Shown here: piece after piece, positions 26,510 through 37,241 of the stretch
Layout of the letters: every line of letters begins with the position of its first letter
Numbering within the stretch: the first letter of the stretch is position 1
Assembly (NCBI GenBank): GCA_965199495.1
Contig: CBDASK010000003.1
Span: 1,408,001-1,472,000, forward strand
Length of the DNA stretch: 64,000 nucleotides
From: Abditibacterium sp.
GTDB lineage: Bacteria; Armatimonadota; Abditibacteriia; Abditibacteriales; Abditibacteriaceae
Direction of reading: 5' to 3'
Program-made: the position numbers and the translations under genes
Notes under the pieces: generated by a model
Database searches by the model: none
The model's input: the letters and a program-made list of their open reading frames with translations, nothing else
What the model was told of the DNA's origin: nothing

Positions 26510-29338
26510 TTACTTGCCCCGGCTCGGCGGCGGAATAACGAACGGCGGAATTTCAATCGGGCCGGGCGGAAGCGGGCGCAAATTGCCGGGCAATGGGCGC
26601 GTTGTCGGCGGCGGCGGCAAAATGACGGGCGGCGGCAACGGGCTGGGCGTCGCAGGCTGAATTGTCGGCGGCGGCGTAATCAGCGGCGGAAGGGGCGCCA
26701 CGAACGGCGGTTGCGTGGACGGGCCGCTGATAATCGGGGGCGGCGCCGTGGCTCCTGTTCCGCTATCAACGGCGCCCTGCAACGTGAAGCCCAGCGTGCC
26801 GCGCAGGGCCGAAGTTAAACGGCCTTCGGGCAGAAAAGTCGCTGTGTTGTCCCACCACGGGAAATTGCCGTTTTCGCGGCCCCAATCCAAAACTTCGCCC
26901 TCGTCGTTGTGCAAAAGCCAGCCAAATCGCACGATGTCGTCGCGTTGCGCCAACTTCTGCGGGTCAATGCCGGGCAGCGCCGCAAGCGGAATCGCGGCTT
27001 CGTAAAATGTCAAATTGCCGCGCTCGTCGCGCCGGATCGCGCAATTGGAGCCGGGCACTTGGCCGCCCCAACGCACGCGGTCGGTCGCGCGATTGAAACC
27101 AATATCGTTGCCCCACAATTTCAAGACGCGCCCGTCGTATTGGCCCGCGCCCGATTGGCCAAACGGCGCAATCAAAAAGCCCAGATCGCTGTCGCGAAAC
27201 GGCGCGCGCGCGGGCGCGGTTTCGGGCGTATCGGACGTGCCAAACGCCAGTTGAATCGCGTCGTGACCGCGCCAGAAATCATACGAACTTTCTTCAACGC
27301 GGCGCGGCGAAACGGCTGGCTCGTGGACTTCGGCGGCCAGATAAAGCGTCTGCGCGTCCCATTTGAACGCCAATTTTCCTTTGACTTTGGCGGCGTTTGG
27401 CCCGGCGTTCATCCAAATCGCGTCCTTCCAATCGCTCAAATCGCCGTCAACAACCGGGCGCGCGCCCGGCGCCACGTTGAGCGCCGTCGCGACCGGCGGA
27501 TCGAAACGCCAATCGGTGCGATTATCGGCGCGCACGATCACGCGAAATGGGTCGCCGTCGCGCCGGGGCGAAATGCCGCGCGCCGTGGTTTCCAATAAAC
27601 GAAACTCGTAAGTCTTCGATTCGCCCGCAGCCAGATTCACATCGTATTTGTCCTGCGCCGGTTTCCACGAGCGCGGCACGTCGAGTTCGATGGTGCCTTT
27701 TTGCGGGCTGATGCCGATATTTTGCAAACGCACGCGCACCGCCGCGCTGCCCGGCGCCGAAGCGGCGGCGTCGCGGCTGAGCGGCATCATTTGCGCGGCA
27801 ATCGAACGCAAGCCGCTGATTTTGGCGCGATTAAGCGCGAACGTCAAAACGTCGGGCGTGCCGTCGCTGAAAACGTAGATCGGTTGGCCCGCGATGTCGA
27901 ATTTGAGTTTGCCATCGCGCGCCGTGGCTATGGTGTTGCCAAACACGTCAACGGCGCGGCCCTGCGCCAGTTGCAGTTCCATTTGGCCGCGTCCGTCGGG
28001 CGCGTAAACCACACCGACGCCGCCGCGCGGCAACTGAAACAGCGCGCCTTCGAGCATCGGCGATTTGGGGAATAATTCTTCTTTGAACGCCGCGTCTTCG
28101 AGCGTGCGCGACAGCATGGCGAAGGCCGCGCCGCGTGCCATCGCGTCCTGGCCGTTGTTGTCGCCGCGCGGCGGCGCCAGCGATTCGGCCATCGAAGAGG
28201 CGCCAGCCACAATCGCCGACAGATAATCCGCCGTCAGCGAACCCGCAGCCACGTCGGGCGTTTCACCCGCGCCCGCGATGCGCGCGACATCGCGGCGCAG
28301 ATGAAACGAACTCAACCCGGCATTGCGCGCCGCCTGGGCGCGCGAAAGCCACAACCGGCGCAACGCCGCCGGATGCGTGACAGGCGTCGTCGGCCAATTG
28401 AACGTCACGCCATCGAGGGCTTTGATCTTGACGCTGGCGTTGGAAGGCAACGTCGGCAAACCGGTCGGCAACGGCCCCAAAAGTTTCACGTCGGAGCGGC
28501 GCGCGCGCGCGACCTGCGCCCACGCGTCCAAGTCGGTCGGCGCGACTTCGCCCGCCAATTCCCACGTCGAAAGCGCGCCATAACGCGCCAGATTGGTCGG
28601 CACTTGGCGCGACCAAAACGCTTGTGAGCGTCCCGAATCGTCGTCGCCCAGCGGCAACAGCGCGATGCTGGCCAGATTGCGCCGGATGCGTTCGCCCAAC
28701 TGGGTTTCGACGGCGCTCCAGTTGGGGTTAACCGGATCAATTGGGAGCGGCGAGCGCAAAACGCGCGCGCCCATGCGACTATAAAAATCGAGCTGGAGCG
28801 GCGACAAATCGCCCGGCGTGCTTAACACGAAAAACGACTGCGGACGCGCGATGGCGCGCGCGCCCGCCGGGGGCGCGGTGATAATGGCGAAGGGGATTTT
28901 CTGGCGCAATTCAAAGTCGGGACCTTTGACTTTGACTTTGGCCGAAACATCGAGCAAATAAGCGCCGCGCGCGCTGGCATCGAACAGCTCGCGGCGCACC
29001 AGAAGTCCGTTGGCGTCGGCGTTCAATTGCGTGTTGCGCCTGAGAACTTCGTGGCCGCTCGCATCGGTGATGCGCCATTGCAAATCCACGCGCCGGTCTT
29101 CGGTCGCCGGGTTTTCGACGCGCGCGGTAAACAAAATCGGCGTTTGGGTGCCCAAGGTGTCGCGGTCGTAAAAAACGCCGGTCGGTTCTTCGGCGCGCAC
29201 CGTCAAAGTCGGCGCGCCCGACCCCGACTGAGCCAAAGCCAACGGCAGAAGCCGAGGCGCCAAAAGCGGCGTCGCCAGCAGAGCAATAAAAAGAGAAAGC
29301 GAAGAGATTTTCACGCGAAGACCTTGAGTTTGAGGCAA
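26510..29338 (-). CDS. Large secreted protein with a CBM9-like sugar-binding domain and Pro-rich tail
   Basis: Signal peptide; VDGDLSDW, WDAQTLYLAAEV, YEAAIP; start may be GTG 29314. Confidence 0.65.
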   Translation of the reverse strand: MPQTQGLRVKISSLSLFIALLATPLLAPRLLPLALAQSGSGAPTLTVRAEEPTGVFYDRDTLGTQTPILFTARVENPATEDRRVDLQWRITDASGHEVLRRNTQLNADANGLLVRRELFDASARGAYLLDVSAKVKVKGPDFELRQKIPFAIITAPPAGARAIARPQSFFVLSTPGDLSPLQLDFYSRMGARVLRSPLPIDPVNPNWSAVETQLGERIRRNLASIALLPLGDDDSGRSQAFWSRQVPTNLARYGALSTWELAGEVAPTDLDAWAQVARARRSDVKLLGPLPTGLPTLPSNASVKIKALDGVTFNWPTTPVTHPAALRRLWLSRAQAARNAGLSSFHLRRDVARIAGAGETPDVAAGSLTADYLSAIVAGASSMAESLAPPRGDNNGQDAMARGAAFAMLSRTLEDAAFKEELFPKSPMLEGALFQLPRGGVGVVYAPDGRGQMELQLAQGRAVDVFGNTIATARDGKLKFDIAGQPIYVFSDGTPDVLTFALNRAKISGLRSIAAQMMPLSRDAAASAPGSAAVRVRLQNIGISPQKGTIELDVPRSWKPAQDKYDVNLAAGESKTYEFRLLETTARGISPRRDGDPFRVIVRADNRTDWRFDPPVATALNVAPGARPVVDGDLSDWKDAIWMNAGPNAAKVKGKLAFKWDAQTLYLAAEVHEPAVSPRRVEESSYDFWRGHDAIQLAFGTSDTPETAPARAPFRDSDLGFLIAPFGQSGAGQYDGRVLKLWGNDIGFNRATDRVRWGGQVPGSNCAIRRDERGNLTFYEAAIPLAALPGIDPQKLAQRDDIVRFGWLLHNDEGEVLDWGRENGNFPWWDNTATFLPEGRLTSALRGTLGFTLQGAVDSGTGATAPPPIISGPSTQPPFVAPLPPLITPPPTIQPATPSPLPPPVILPPPPTTRPLPGNLRPLPPGPIEIPPFVIPPPSRGK

Positions 29339-29456
29339 AGTGGTATTTGGAACGCAAAGAAGCGAAGTCGTTGCTGAGATTTTATGCCGGTTACTTATTT
29401 TGCCTCGGCTCTCCTAATTTGTCATGGGTGCAGAATGACAAGGAGAAACTTCTCAC

Positions 29457-29738
29457 CTATAAATCCAACCGCGCCTTCACTTCGTCCGCGCTCAATCCGC
29501 GAACGCGCACACTTTTCTCGCGTCCGCGCGCGCCCCGCACCAATTCAACGCTCGATTTCGGCACACCCAGCGCCTTTGCCAAAACTTTGATCACGCTCGC
29601 ATTGGCCTCGCCATCAGTCGGCGCGGCGCGCACGCTGAGTGTTAAGCGGCCCTCGCGTTCTCCGGTAATTGCGTCTTTGCTCGCGCGCGTCGTCACGCGA
29701 ATGGCGAGCAAAACGTCGGCGTTATCGTCGCGAATCAT
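29457..29738 (-). CDS. yggU: DUF167/YggU family protein
   Basis: AAPTDGEAN...LGVPKSSVELVRG..GREK. Confidence 0.9.
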   Translation of the reverse strand: MIRDDNADVLLAIRVTTRASKDAITGEREGRLTLSVRAAPTDGEANASVIKVLAKALGVPKSSVELVRGARGREKSVRVRGLSADEVKARLDL

Positions 29739-29744
29739 GCCAAT

Positions 29745-30542
29745 TTATGCGCCCAATTCGCGCGAGCGCTCGGCAGCAGCCACGACGGCGTCCATGACAA
29801 CTCCGCGAAAACCGCCGCGCTCCAATTCATGAATGGCGGCGATGGTGGTGCCGCCGGGCGAAGCCACGCGATCTTTCAAAACGCCGGGATGATCGCCGGT
29901 TTCGAGAACCATCTGAGCGGCGCCCAAAACGGTTTGCGCGGCCAACTGCTGCGCCGTTGCGCGTGGCAAACCGGCACAAACGCCGCCATCGGCCAGCGCC
30001 TCAATGAACGCGAAAACATAAGCCGGGCCGCTACCCGAAACGCCGACAACGCCGTCCATCTGGCTTTCGGGAATCGTAACGCACAGTCCGACGGCCTCGA
30101 ACAAGGCGCGCGCTTTGGCCAAATCCGCGTCGCGCGCGTATCGCCCCGCGCAAATCGCCGCCGCGCCCGCCCCGACAAGCGACGGCGTGTTGGGCATCGC
30201 GCGCACGACGGGAACCGGCTGGGCGAAGCACGCCTCGATGCGCGCCGTCGAGGCACCCGCCAAAACCGAAACGACCAATTGATTGGGCGTGATTTGTTCG
30301 CGCAACTCGGCGAGCGCACTTTCGAGTTGGTGCGGCTTCATCGCCAACACGAGGATTTCGGCATCATGCGCGGCCTCGCGGGCCGACGTGGCTGCACGCG
30401 CGCCCAACTCGTCGGCCAACGCACTTGCCCTTGATGGACTGAACAAAACGATGTCGGTCGGCGCCCAAAGTTTGGCGCCCACTAAACCGCGAACTAACGC
30501 CTGCGCCATCGCGCCCGCGCCGAGAAATGCGAGTTTTGCCAT
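29745..30542 (-). CDS. proC: Pyrroline-5-carboxylate reductase
   Basis: GAGAMA, RAMPNTP, SGSGPAY, VASPGGTT. Confidence 0.97.
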   Translation of the reverse strand: MAKLAFLGAGAMAQALVRGLVGAKLWAPTDIVLFSPSRASALADELGARAATSAREAAHDAEILVLAMKPHQLESALAELREQITPNQLVVSVLAGASTARIEACFAQPVPVVRAMPNTPSLVGAGAAAICAGRYARDADLAKARALFEAVGLCVTIPESQMDGVVGVSGSGPAYVFAFIEALADGGVCAGLPRATAQQLAAQTVLGAAQMVLETGDHPGVLKDRVASPGGTTIAAIHELERGGFRGVVMDAVVAAAERSRELGA

Positions 30543-30559
30543 GAATTACGGAATTGCTT

Positions 30560-30687
30560 CGGGCGCCGTGGCTTCCGTAGAGACGCCGATTTATCGCGTC
30601 TAAAACGTAACACTTGCCTTTTCATTAAAACAAGCTCAACTTTTTAGACGCGATAAATCGGCGTCTCTACGGAAGCCACGGCGCCCG
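30560..30687. repeat. Perfect 46-bp-arm palindrome: REP-like core inside an inverted GCCGTGGCT pair
   Basis: 30560-30605 is the reverse complement of 30642-30687. Confidence 0.9.
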
Positions 30688-30693
30688 GCGAAA

Positions 30694-31458
30694 CTACCGT
30701 TCCCACGAACGGCGTTCGCTCGCAGCATCGGCAGGGTTCGGCTCTATGGTGATTTGCGCGGCTTTGGCCTGAGCGCGGGCGTCGTCGCGTTCTTGCTGGC
30801 TGACATCTTTGAAGATGATGTCGCGATTTTCGGCGTAATCAATTTCATCGGACGTGATCTCAAAATCGCCCGGCGTGAACAAGAAAATCACGTCGCCCAG
30901 TTTCATGGCGTGGCCTTGATCTTCGAGGCCATAGCAAACGCCGCTCATGAAATCAATGATGCGCACGGCGACCATACGCTCGACCTCTTCCAAGTTGACG
31001 ACGACGGCGCAACCGGTTTTGAGGTAATCGGCGGCCAGACTCGCTTCGTCCATCGTTTTGGGCTTGAGCGTGTAGATGTTTTTATCGCGAGCGCGCAGTG
31101 GCATGGCAACCGAACGCAAATTATGCGCGCCGCCCGAACCGCCGCGTCCGCCGCCCGGCGCGGCTTGACCTTGGCGCGACGACTGAACGCGCGGGTGATT
31201 GCCCGCGTCTTCGCCTTCGGATTGGCGGCCCGAACGCGCGGCGCTCGTCGGTGCGTAAGTGGTGCGGCTCACGGTGCGTTGCTCTTCGATGGCTTCGTAA
31301 TCGGGTTCGATCTCGATTTGCGAGGCGGGTTGTGCGTTTTGGGCTTCGTAGCGGGCGCGGCGCGAGGACGCTTCGGATTCTTCATCCTCATAGTCGTCGT
31401 CCTCTCCCATGCCCCAGACTTTGCGGAATCCCTGCGTGACGTTGCGTAGAGCGTTCAT
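30694..31458 (-). CDS. sepF: Cell division protein SepF
   Basis: N-terminal amphipathic helix, acidic linker, VVVNL...RIIDFMSGVCY...IFLFTP; lies next to yggS. Confidence 0.9.
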   Translation of the reverse strand: MNALRNVTQGFRKVWGMGEDDDYEDEESEASSRRARYEAQNAQPASQIEIEPDYEAIEEQRTVSRTTYAPTSAARSGRQSEGEDAGNHPRVQSSRQGQAAPGGGRGGSGGAHNLRSVAMPLRARDKNIYTLKPKTMDEASLAADYLKTGCAVVVNLEEVERMVAVRIIDFMSGVCYGLEDQGHAMKLGDVIFLFTPGDFEITSDEIDYAENRDIIFKDVSQQERDDARAQAKAAQITIEPNPADAASERRSWER

Positions 31459-31540
31459 GTTATTTGGTGTCTCCTGTGCTGTGTTGAATCTGCGATGATT
31501 GGTGTATTGTGACGTTTCGTGCGAAACGTTGGCGCGCAGT

Positions 31541-32206
31541 TTACACTCTGGCGCCAAAAAGTGCAGTGCCAATTCTAATTTTTGTCGCTCCCTCTTCAAT
31601 CGCCACTTCATAATCGCGGCTCATGCCCATCGAAAGCTCCGGGCCAATTCCCAGTTTCACGCTCAATTCGCGCAATTTCGCATGGAAAACCCGCGTCTTT
31701 TCGGAATCTTCATCATAAGGCGGCAACGACATTAAACCTTCGACCGCTAAATTTTCGAGTTGACCAATTTTTTCAAATAATGCTGCCAACCCATTGGGAG
31801 CCACGCCCGCTTTGGAGGCTTCGTCGCCGACGTTGACCTGAATCAAAACGCGCTGAACCTTGCCAATTTTGCGCGCTTCTTTATCCAATTCTTTGGCCAG
31901 CGACATTCGATCTACCGAATGAATCAACTCGAAATTGGCGACGGCTTCGCGCGCCTTATTCGATTGGAGCGCGCCGATGAAATGCCAGTGCGCGTTTAAA
32001 TTCCTCTCGCGAAAATAAGCAACTTTGTCGAGAGCTTCCTGAATATAATTTTCGCCAAAATCGGTCAAACCGGCGGCGAAGTAAGGTTCCAAGCGCGCGG
32101 CCTCGACGGTTTTGGAGGCGCCGATGAGTTGCACGCCCTGCGGGTCGCGCCCGACGCGTGCGCAGGCGGCGTTGATATTGTCTCGAATAATTTGAAGCGA
32201 TTGCAT
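31541..32206 (-). CDS. yggS: PLP homeostasis protein YggS
   Basis: ASKT, FGENYIQE, WHFIGALQSNK, LSMGMS, RIGTALFG. Confidence 0.96.
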   Translation of the reverse strand: MQSLQIIRDNINAACARVGRDPQGVQLIGASKTVEAARLEPYFAAGLTDFGENYIQEALDKVAYFRERNLNAHWHFIGALQSNKAREAVANFELIHSVDRMSLAKELDKEARKIGKVQRVLIQVNVGDEASKAGVAPNGLAALFEKIGQLENLAVEGLMSLPPYDEDSEKTRVFHAKLRELSVKLGIGPELSMGMSRDYEVAIEEGATKIRIGTALFGARV

Positions 32207-32268
32207 GAATGGAGCTGATGAACGGCGAATATCGCGTTTTGATTATCTCACGATATGAGTCGCACCGT

Positions 32269-34371
32269 TTAGTTCGTCCTCTGTGCCCACACCGCGATGT
32301 CGCGCGAAACGGACGGAATTTGCAACTTCAAACCTTGCTTATCCGCGCGCGCTATCGTCATTTGTAGCGGTTTGCCCGCGACCGTATCCCACCACGTCAC
32401 GCGATAATTGCCCGGTTTCATCGGCGAAATCAACGCCGTTCCGCTCGCGCTACTCTGCGGCGTGGCTGCTTCGATGTTGTCGCGATTGTAGAACCAACCA
32501 ATCATCCAATGGTCGTTGGCTTTGGCATAACCGCTCAAAACTGGCGCGGCGTTTGGCACGCTCAAATTGTTAAAAACGATCCAATCCTGTCCGGTGTTTT
32601 CCAGCGCGAGGGTTTGCGGCCCGGCGCCGACCGGAATCGAAATTTCTTTATCCAAATTAGTATCGTTTTCCGTCGCTGCGAACGGATATTCCGTGGTTTT
32701 GCCGCCGCTCGTCACACGCAAGTTGGCGCCCGCTTTGGCGACCTGTTTGAGCGTTAAAATCAGCGTCGTCGGTTTGGGCAAATCCAATTTGATTTGAAGC
32801 GGTTTCGGGTTCATAGCGCGGTGATTCTCGCCCTGAAAATACGATGACAACTTGCCGAATTCGGCCACGTCATCGGGCTGGGACAAATCGAAATCGCTCC
32901 GCACGAGCGCGCTCCAGCCGCCCGAAAAACTCAGTTTTAAATCGGTGCGGTCAGGCGTATCAATCGTCGCGCTAACGCGCCGCACCATCTGACGTTTATC
33001 CTGCGCCGCGAAACCACTTTGTTTCAATAACGCACTGGCCGATGCGAAATGGAAATAAAGATGGTCGCGCTCGACGCGGTCGCCTTCCCAATACTGCGCA
33101 GCGCCCGCGACATCGCTCATCAAACCGGCCCACAAACCCGAATGCAGCGTCCACTCGTCGGGCCGGTCTTTGGTGTTATCGGGGCCAAATTCGCCGACGA
33201 ATTCGGGTTTGACCGGCCACTCTTTGCCATTAAAATGCTCCGCGCTTAAAACCGGAATCAGATTGATCGGATAGGCGTGACGCTGATAATAATCTACCGG
33301 CGCGAAAACGGACGCGGGCACTTCGGAACTTGTAGTGATGAGATGATCGTAAATATCTTGGGCGCGCAGAAAGTCCGCCATCTCGCGGTGCCAAGCAGCC
33401 ACGTCGTCCCACTTGCCGTCTTGCGCGGCGGCGCTAAATTGGACTTCATTCCACAATTCCCACGCCATAATATGCGGCGAATAACCGTAGCGTGCCACGA
33501 TGTAGCGCAGTTTGCGTTTGGTCAATTCGCGGGCGCGGGCGTTGGTAAAAAATTCGTCGGGCGTGTTCAAGAAGCCGCCATTTTCGACGTTCCACGGGTT
33601 ATCGTCCCAGTTCGGATTAACCTTGAGCGAATACTGGCCGTGATGCTGAATCGTCATCTGCACGTAAACGTTGTGGCGGTCGGCGCTCTGAATAATATCG
33701 TCCCAAGTGTGCGCGACTTTCAAATCAAGGTCGCCGATGGGCAAGTGGTCGGATTGCGTCCAGTCCAAATTTTTGGAGTCCCAGTGATTCATCCAAATGC
33801 GCGACCAATTCAGCCCCGCGTTTTGAAGATCGGTGAATTTCGCTTCGTAACCCTTTTGCTCGCCGCCAATCCACGCCTGATTCAGGCCGAACGGATAAAA
33901 GCGCTTTCCATCTGCGAGGCTAAAACGCCGCGCGTTTTTGGCGTCAACACGCACCCACGCGCCGCTCAAAACGCTGGTTTTGCCGACTTTAAAGCGTTGC
34001 GGTTGCGCATTTAAATTCAATTTCTGGCCGTTATCGAAAACGCCGACAACTTTGTAAATCCCCGGCGTTTTGGGCGTGTGGCGCGCACGCCATGTGGTGC
34101 CGCCGTCGAAAAACGCGGGCAGCAAAATCGTTTTAGCATCGGGCATTTTCACAGCCACGCGCACGTCGTGGCTGAGGTAATCGAACGGATCGCCGACGAA
34201 GCCCGGCCACTCGAACGCGACCTCGATTTTCGCATAAGCGCGCACGCCCTGCTGGTTAACCGGTATAGCAAGGCGATTTGTTGGCGCCGAAGTTTGTGCC
34301 AAGGCGTAACTGGCCGAAATCAAGATGGCAGTTAAAGCCAGAGAAAAACAACGAAATTTGGATTGGGACAT
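32269..34371 (-). CDS. Secreted DUF5060 + GH-A clan TIM-barrel glycoside hydrolase
   Basis: PAFFDGG..WRARHTP, YIVARYGYS, WELWNE, VGEFG. Confidence 0.75.
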   Translation of the reverse strand: MSQSKFRCFSLALTAILISASYALAQTSAPTNRLAIPVNQQGVRAYAKIEVAFEWPGFVGDPFDYLSHDVRVAVKMPDAKTILLPAFFDGGTTWRARHTPKTPGIYKVVGVFDNGQKLNLNAQPQRFKVGKTSVLSGAWVRVDAKNARRFSLADGKRFYPFGLNQAWIGGEQKGYEAKFTDLQNAGLNWSRIWMNHWDSKNLDWTQSDHLPIGDLDLKVAHTWDDIIQSADRHNVYVQMTIQHHGQYSLKVNPNWDDNPWNVENGGFLNTPDEFFTNARARELTKRKLRYIVARYGYSPHIMAWELWNEVQFSAAAQDGKWDDVAAWHREMADFLRAQDIYDHLITTSSEVPASVFAPVDYYQRHAYPINLIPVLSAEHFNGKEWPVKPEFVGEFGPDNTKDRPDEWTLHSGLWAGLMSDVAGAAQYWEGDRVERDHLYFHFASASALLKQSGFAAQDKRQMVRRVSATIDTPDRTDLKLSFSGGWSALVRSDFDLSQPDDVAEFGKLSSYFQGENHRAMNPKPLQIKLDLPKPTTLILTLKQVAKAGANLRVTSGGKTTEYPFAATENDTNLDKEISIPVGAGPQTLALENTGQDWIVFNNLSVPNAAPVLSGYAKANDHWMIGWFYNRDNIEAATPQSSASGTALISPMKPGNYRVTWWDTVAGKPLQMTIARADKQGLKLQIPSVSRDIAVWAQRTN

Positions 34372-34446
34372 TTGCAATTGATCCATAAAATGGAACAGTA
34401 GTTTGACCCAATCCAAATTTCGTTGTTCAAGACGCCAACCTTAATT

Positions 34447-35199
34447 TCAGGGAAGCGTCGGCGGATTGGTGGTGCCACCGCCGCCCGCCAACGTGCTGCC
34501 CGCAGTAATGGCTCCCGCCGTCGAGCCGCCAGAAGTTGTCGTGCCCGTCGTGCCGCCAGCCGTCAAACCAGTTGTTGTTCCACCCGCCGTCGTGTTGCCC
34601 GCCGTTGTTGCTCCCGTCGTCGTTCCAGCTGTTGTGCCCGCCGTCGTCGTTCCAGTTATGCCGCCAGCCGTTGTGCCGCCAGAAGTTGGTGTTGGCGATA
34701 CAACCATTGGCGGCACAACGCGACCGCGCAAAACGCTGTCGCCCGCTTTGAAGGGCGCGCTAATCGAGATCAAACCGTCATCGTCAAAATTTCCGGTCAG
34801 GCGAAATTTGGGGCCACCCTGATAGGAACCGTTCACATCGAGGTCGTAATCGAAACCGTTGGTGCCATCGAGAGCATTGCCCGTCAGGATATAAGTGCCG
34901 GGCGGCAATGCAACTGTAAAACCGATGGGATTTTCGGTCGCGGGCTTGGGATTGGTGGCGTCCACGACTTGCAGCGTGCCCGCCGCGCGCGTTGGGAACG
35001 CGGCCTGATCGGCGAATCTGATGGTCAAAATGCCGCGATATTGGGGAAAATCGAGGAACTGAATATCTTTCTGGCGCCCAAAACGTAACTCATCCGTGGA
35101 GCCGGAGCTGGAGCCACCGCCACCACATCCGGGCAAAAGTAAGGTTCCAGAAGCCAAAATTAGCGTCAAAGCGCCCGCAATTAAAAAAGAAGATTTCAT
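34447..35199 (-). CDS. Lipoprotein with a Thr/Gly-rich low-complexity tail
   Basis: LPG|CGGGG lipobox; TTAG repeats. Confidence 0.7.
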   Translation of the reverse strand: MKSSFLIAGALTLILASGTLLLPGCGGGGSSSGSTDELRFGRQKDIQFLDFPQYRGILTIRFADQAAFPTRAAGTLQVVDATNPKPATENPIGFTVALPPGTYILTGNALDGTNGFDYDLDVNGSYQGGPKFRLTGNFDDDGLISISAPFKAGDSVLRGRVVPPMVVSPTPTSGGTTAGGITGTTTAGTTAGTTTGATTAGNTTAGGTTTGLTAGGTTGTTTSGGSTAGAITAGSTLAGGGGTTNPPTLP

Positions 35200-35342
35200 G
35201 AAAGTTAAAGCCGCTCCGGCGCGCGTCCGAAACTGCGCAAACATAGATTGCCACACATCTGCCATTGCGCCCGTGGGCGTCGCCAATTTTTGGGCGAAGA
35301 ATCTGCTATTTGGTGCGCGCGGTTTTGTGGCCGCGTATTATT

Positions 35343-35648
35343 ATGCAATATGAAGTCGGTTCATTGGAAGATTTGCCCGAAGGCGAGGGATTTTTGTTTC
35401 GCCGCGGCCCCTATCAAATCGCGCTGTTTCGCGACGGCGAGCGGGTGAGCGCCATTGACAACGAATGTCCGCACGCTGGAGCCTCGCTGTGTGGCGGCGA
35501 TACCGATGGACACATCGTCGCCTGCCCGTTTCACGGTTGGGAGTTCGATTGCCAAACCGGCGAATGTCTGTCGGTCGAGGGCTTCGACGTGGCTGTCTAT
35601 CCCGTCGTCATCGAAAACGGCGTCGTCAAAGTCAGCGTGCCGGATTGA
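35343..35648 (+). CDS. Rieske 2Fe-2S ferredoxin (NirD-like)
   Basis: CPH...CPFHGWEFD. Confidence 0.92.
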   Translation: MQYEVGSLEDLPEGEGFLFRRGPYQIALFRDGERVSAIDNECPHAGASLCGGDTDGHIVACPFHGWEFDCQTGECLSVEGFDVAVYPVVIENGVVKVSVPD

Positions 35649-35657
35649 GGTGCAACA

Positions 35658-37028
35658 TCATCCGCTATCCGCAGCCGAGACCACGCAATTTTTGCCTTCG
35701 TCTTTGGCTTGGTAGAGCAGTTCGTCAACGCGGTGAAGCGCGTTTGTTGCGGTGAGCGTGTGGCCCGGTTCGAGCGTGAGGGCGCCCACGGAAATCGTGA
35801 CTTTGCCCAATAGTGAGTTTTTGCCAAAGCGAATTTCGAGTTCGTGCAACACGCGCTGATGCAAACGGCGCGCGATCTGTTGCGTCTGTTTTTGGTCGGT
35901 TTCGGGCAAGATAATCAGAAACTCGTCGCCGCCGATGCGCGATAAATCGTCCACTTCGCGCAGTTCGCCCTGCGCCGATTCGTGGACGGCGATCAAAACG
36001 CGGTCGCCCGAAGCGTGGCCCAGCGTGTCGTTGACCGGCTTGAAGTTATCGAGATCGAACATCAACAGCGAAAGCGGGCGGCCAAAACGGGCGGCGCGCG
36101 CCAGTTCGGTTTCCAAAACGCGCTCGCAGTGGCGCCGGTTGTAACCGCCCGTCAGCGAATCGGTTTCGGAAATCGCCTTCATTTTCAAGGCTTGCAACGC
36201 CAAATCAAACGCCGAATCGAAGACGCGGCGCCGCAACACGGCGTTGAACTGCGACAATAACACAATAAATAGCGCCACGGTGCCCACGACCCAGACCGCG
36301 CCCGCCATTGAAATCGTCTGCATCGAAGCGGGAGTCGCCTTCAATCCCATAATTAACGTGCCCACCACAATGCCGCTGATGAGCATCGTTTCGCGAAATC
36401 TGAGCGGCAACACCAGCGAAGTGAGCAGAATATGGCAAAACGACGACGCGATGACGAACTGAACCGCGCGCGCGCCCGCGAATTGCGGCGAAGCGACGGG
36501 CGCAAAAACCAGCGGCAGGGCGAGGGCCGTAGTCGCGGAAAAGAGCGCGAAGCCCGCCAAAGTCAAAAGTCGCGCCTGAGCCAGCGAACGCACACGAAAT
36601 GTCAACGCGATTTGCGCAGTCATGCCAAAGATAGCCACGGCCCCATCCAATAAAATTTCGCGCGCCAGCCCGGAATATAATACGAAATAAAAACCGATGA
36701 AACTCGTCAGACAAACGATGCCGATGGTCGCCGCCAAACGCAAACGCACGATAAAAATGCGCAACCACTGCTCGCGAAAAAGCGGCTCGCGCGCGGCCTC
36801 GGTCAACGCAGACGCCTCGATCACGCCGGGCGCATCCGGCGCATCCAGCCCGCCGGGCGCATCTTCCAAATCGAAAATCGGATGCTCGCGCAACGAATCC
36901 GACAGCGCATCCCAAAGGTCTCGCCAATTCGATGCTCGCCACAACGAACTTCGCCACAACGAACCTCGCGTTCCGCTTTTGGAACGCGAGCGGTGGGCCG
37001 AGCGAGAAGAACGTGACATAAAAGTCAT
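35658..37028 (-). CDS. Membrane-bound diguanylate cyclase
   Basis: Multiple TMs; DSLTG, DLDNFKPVND..GH..GD, GGDEF. Confidence 0.92.
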   Translation of the reverse strand: MTFMSRSSRSAHRSRSKSGTRGSLWRSSLWRASNWRDLWDALSDSLREHPIFDLEDAPGGLDAPDAPGVIEASALTEAAREPLFREQWLRIFIVRLRLAATIGIVCLTSFIGFYFVLYSGLAREILLDGAVAIFGMTAQIALTFRVRSLAQARLLTLAGFALFSATTALALPLVFAPVASPQFAGARAVQFVIASSFCHILLTSLVLPLRFRETMLISGIVVGTLIMGLKATPASMQTISMAGAVWVVGTVALFIVLLSQFNAVLRRRVFDSAFDLALQALKMKAISETDSLTGGYNRRHCERVLETELARAARFGRPLSLLMFDLDNFKPVNDTLGHASGDRVLIAVHESAQGELREVDDLSRIGGDEFLIILPETDQKQTQQIARRLHQRVLHELEIRFGKNSLLGKVTISVGALTLEPGHTLTATNALHRVDELLYQAKDEGKNCVVSAADSG

Positions 37029-37241
37029 CCCTGGGGCGATAAAATGTCAAAGCCCATTTTTATCGAAATACGCGGTCTTGCAACGGTAAAAAACAGTCAT
37101 TTTTCATCGCACCTAAAGAATATCTTATATTCAATATAAACGATTTTGGCCAATTATAACACCGGTTAAAATCGGACTACAGCAACTCTTTTGCTCATAT
37201 CGCCGTAACGCATTTTCGTTCGACACTTGTTTTCTCTTGCT

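Noticed and set aside
37029..37241. Riboswitch/ncRNA upstream of the diguanylate cyclase
   Set aside because: AT-rich, promoter-like sequence; no recognisable conserved RNA motif
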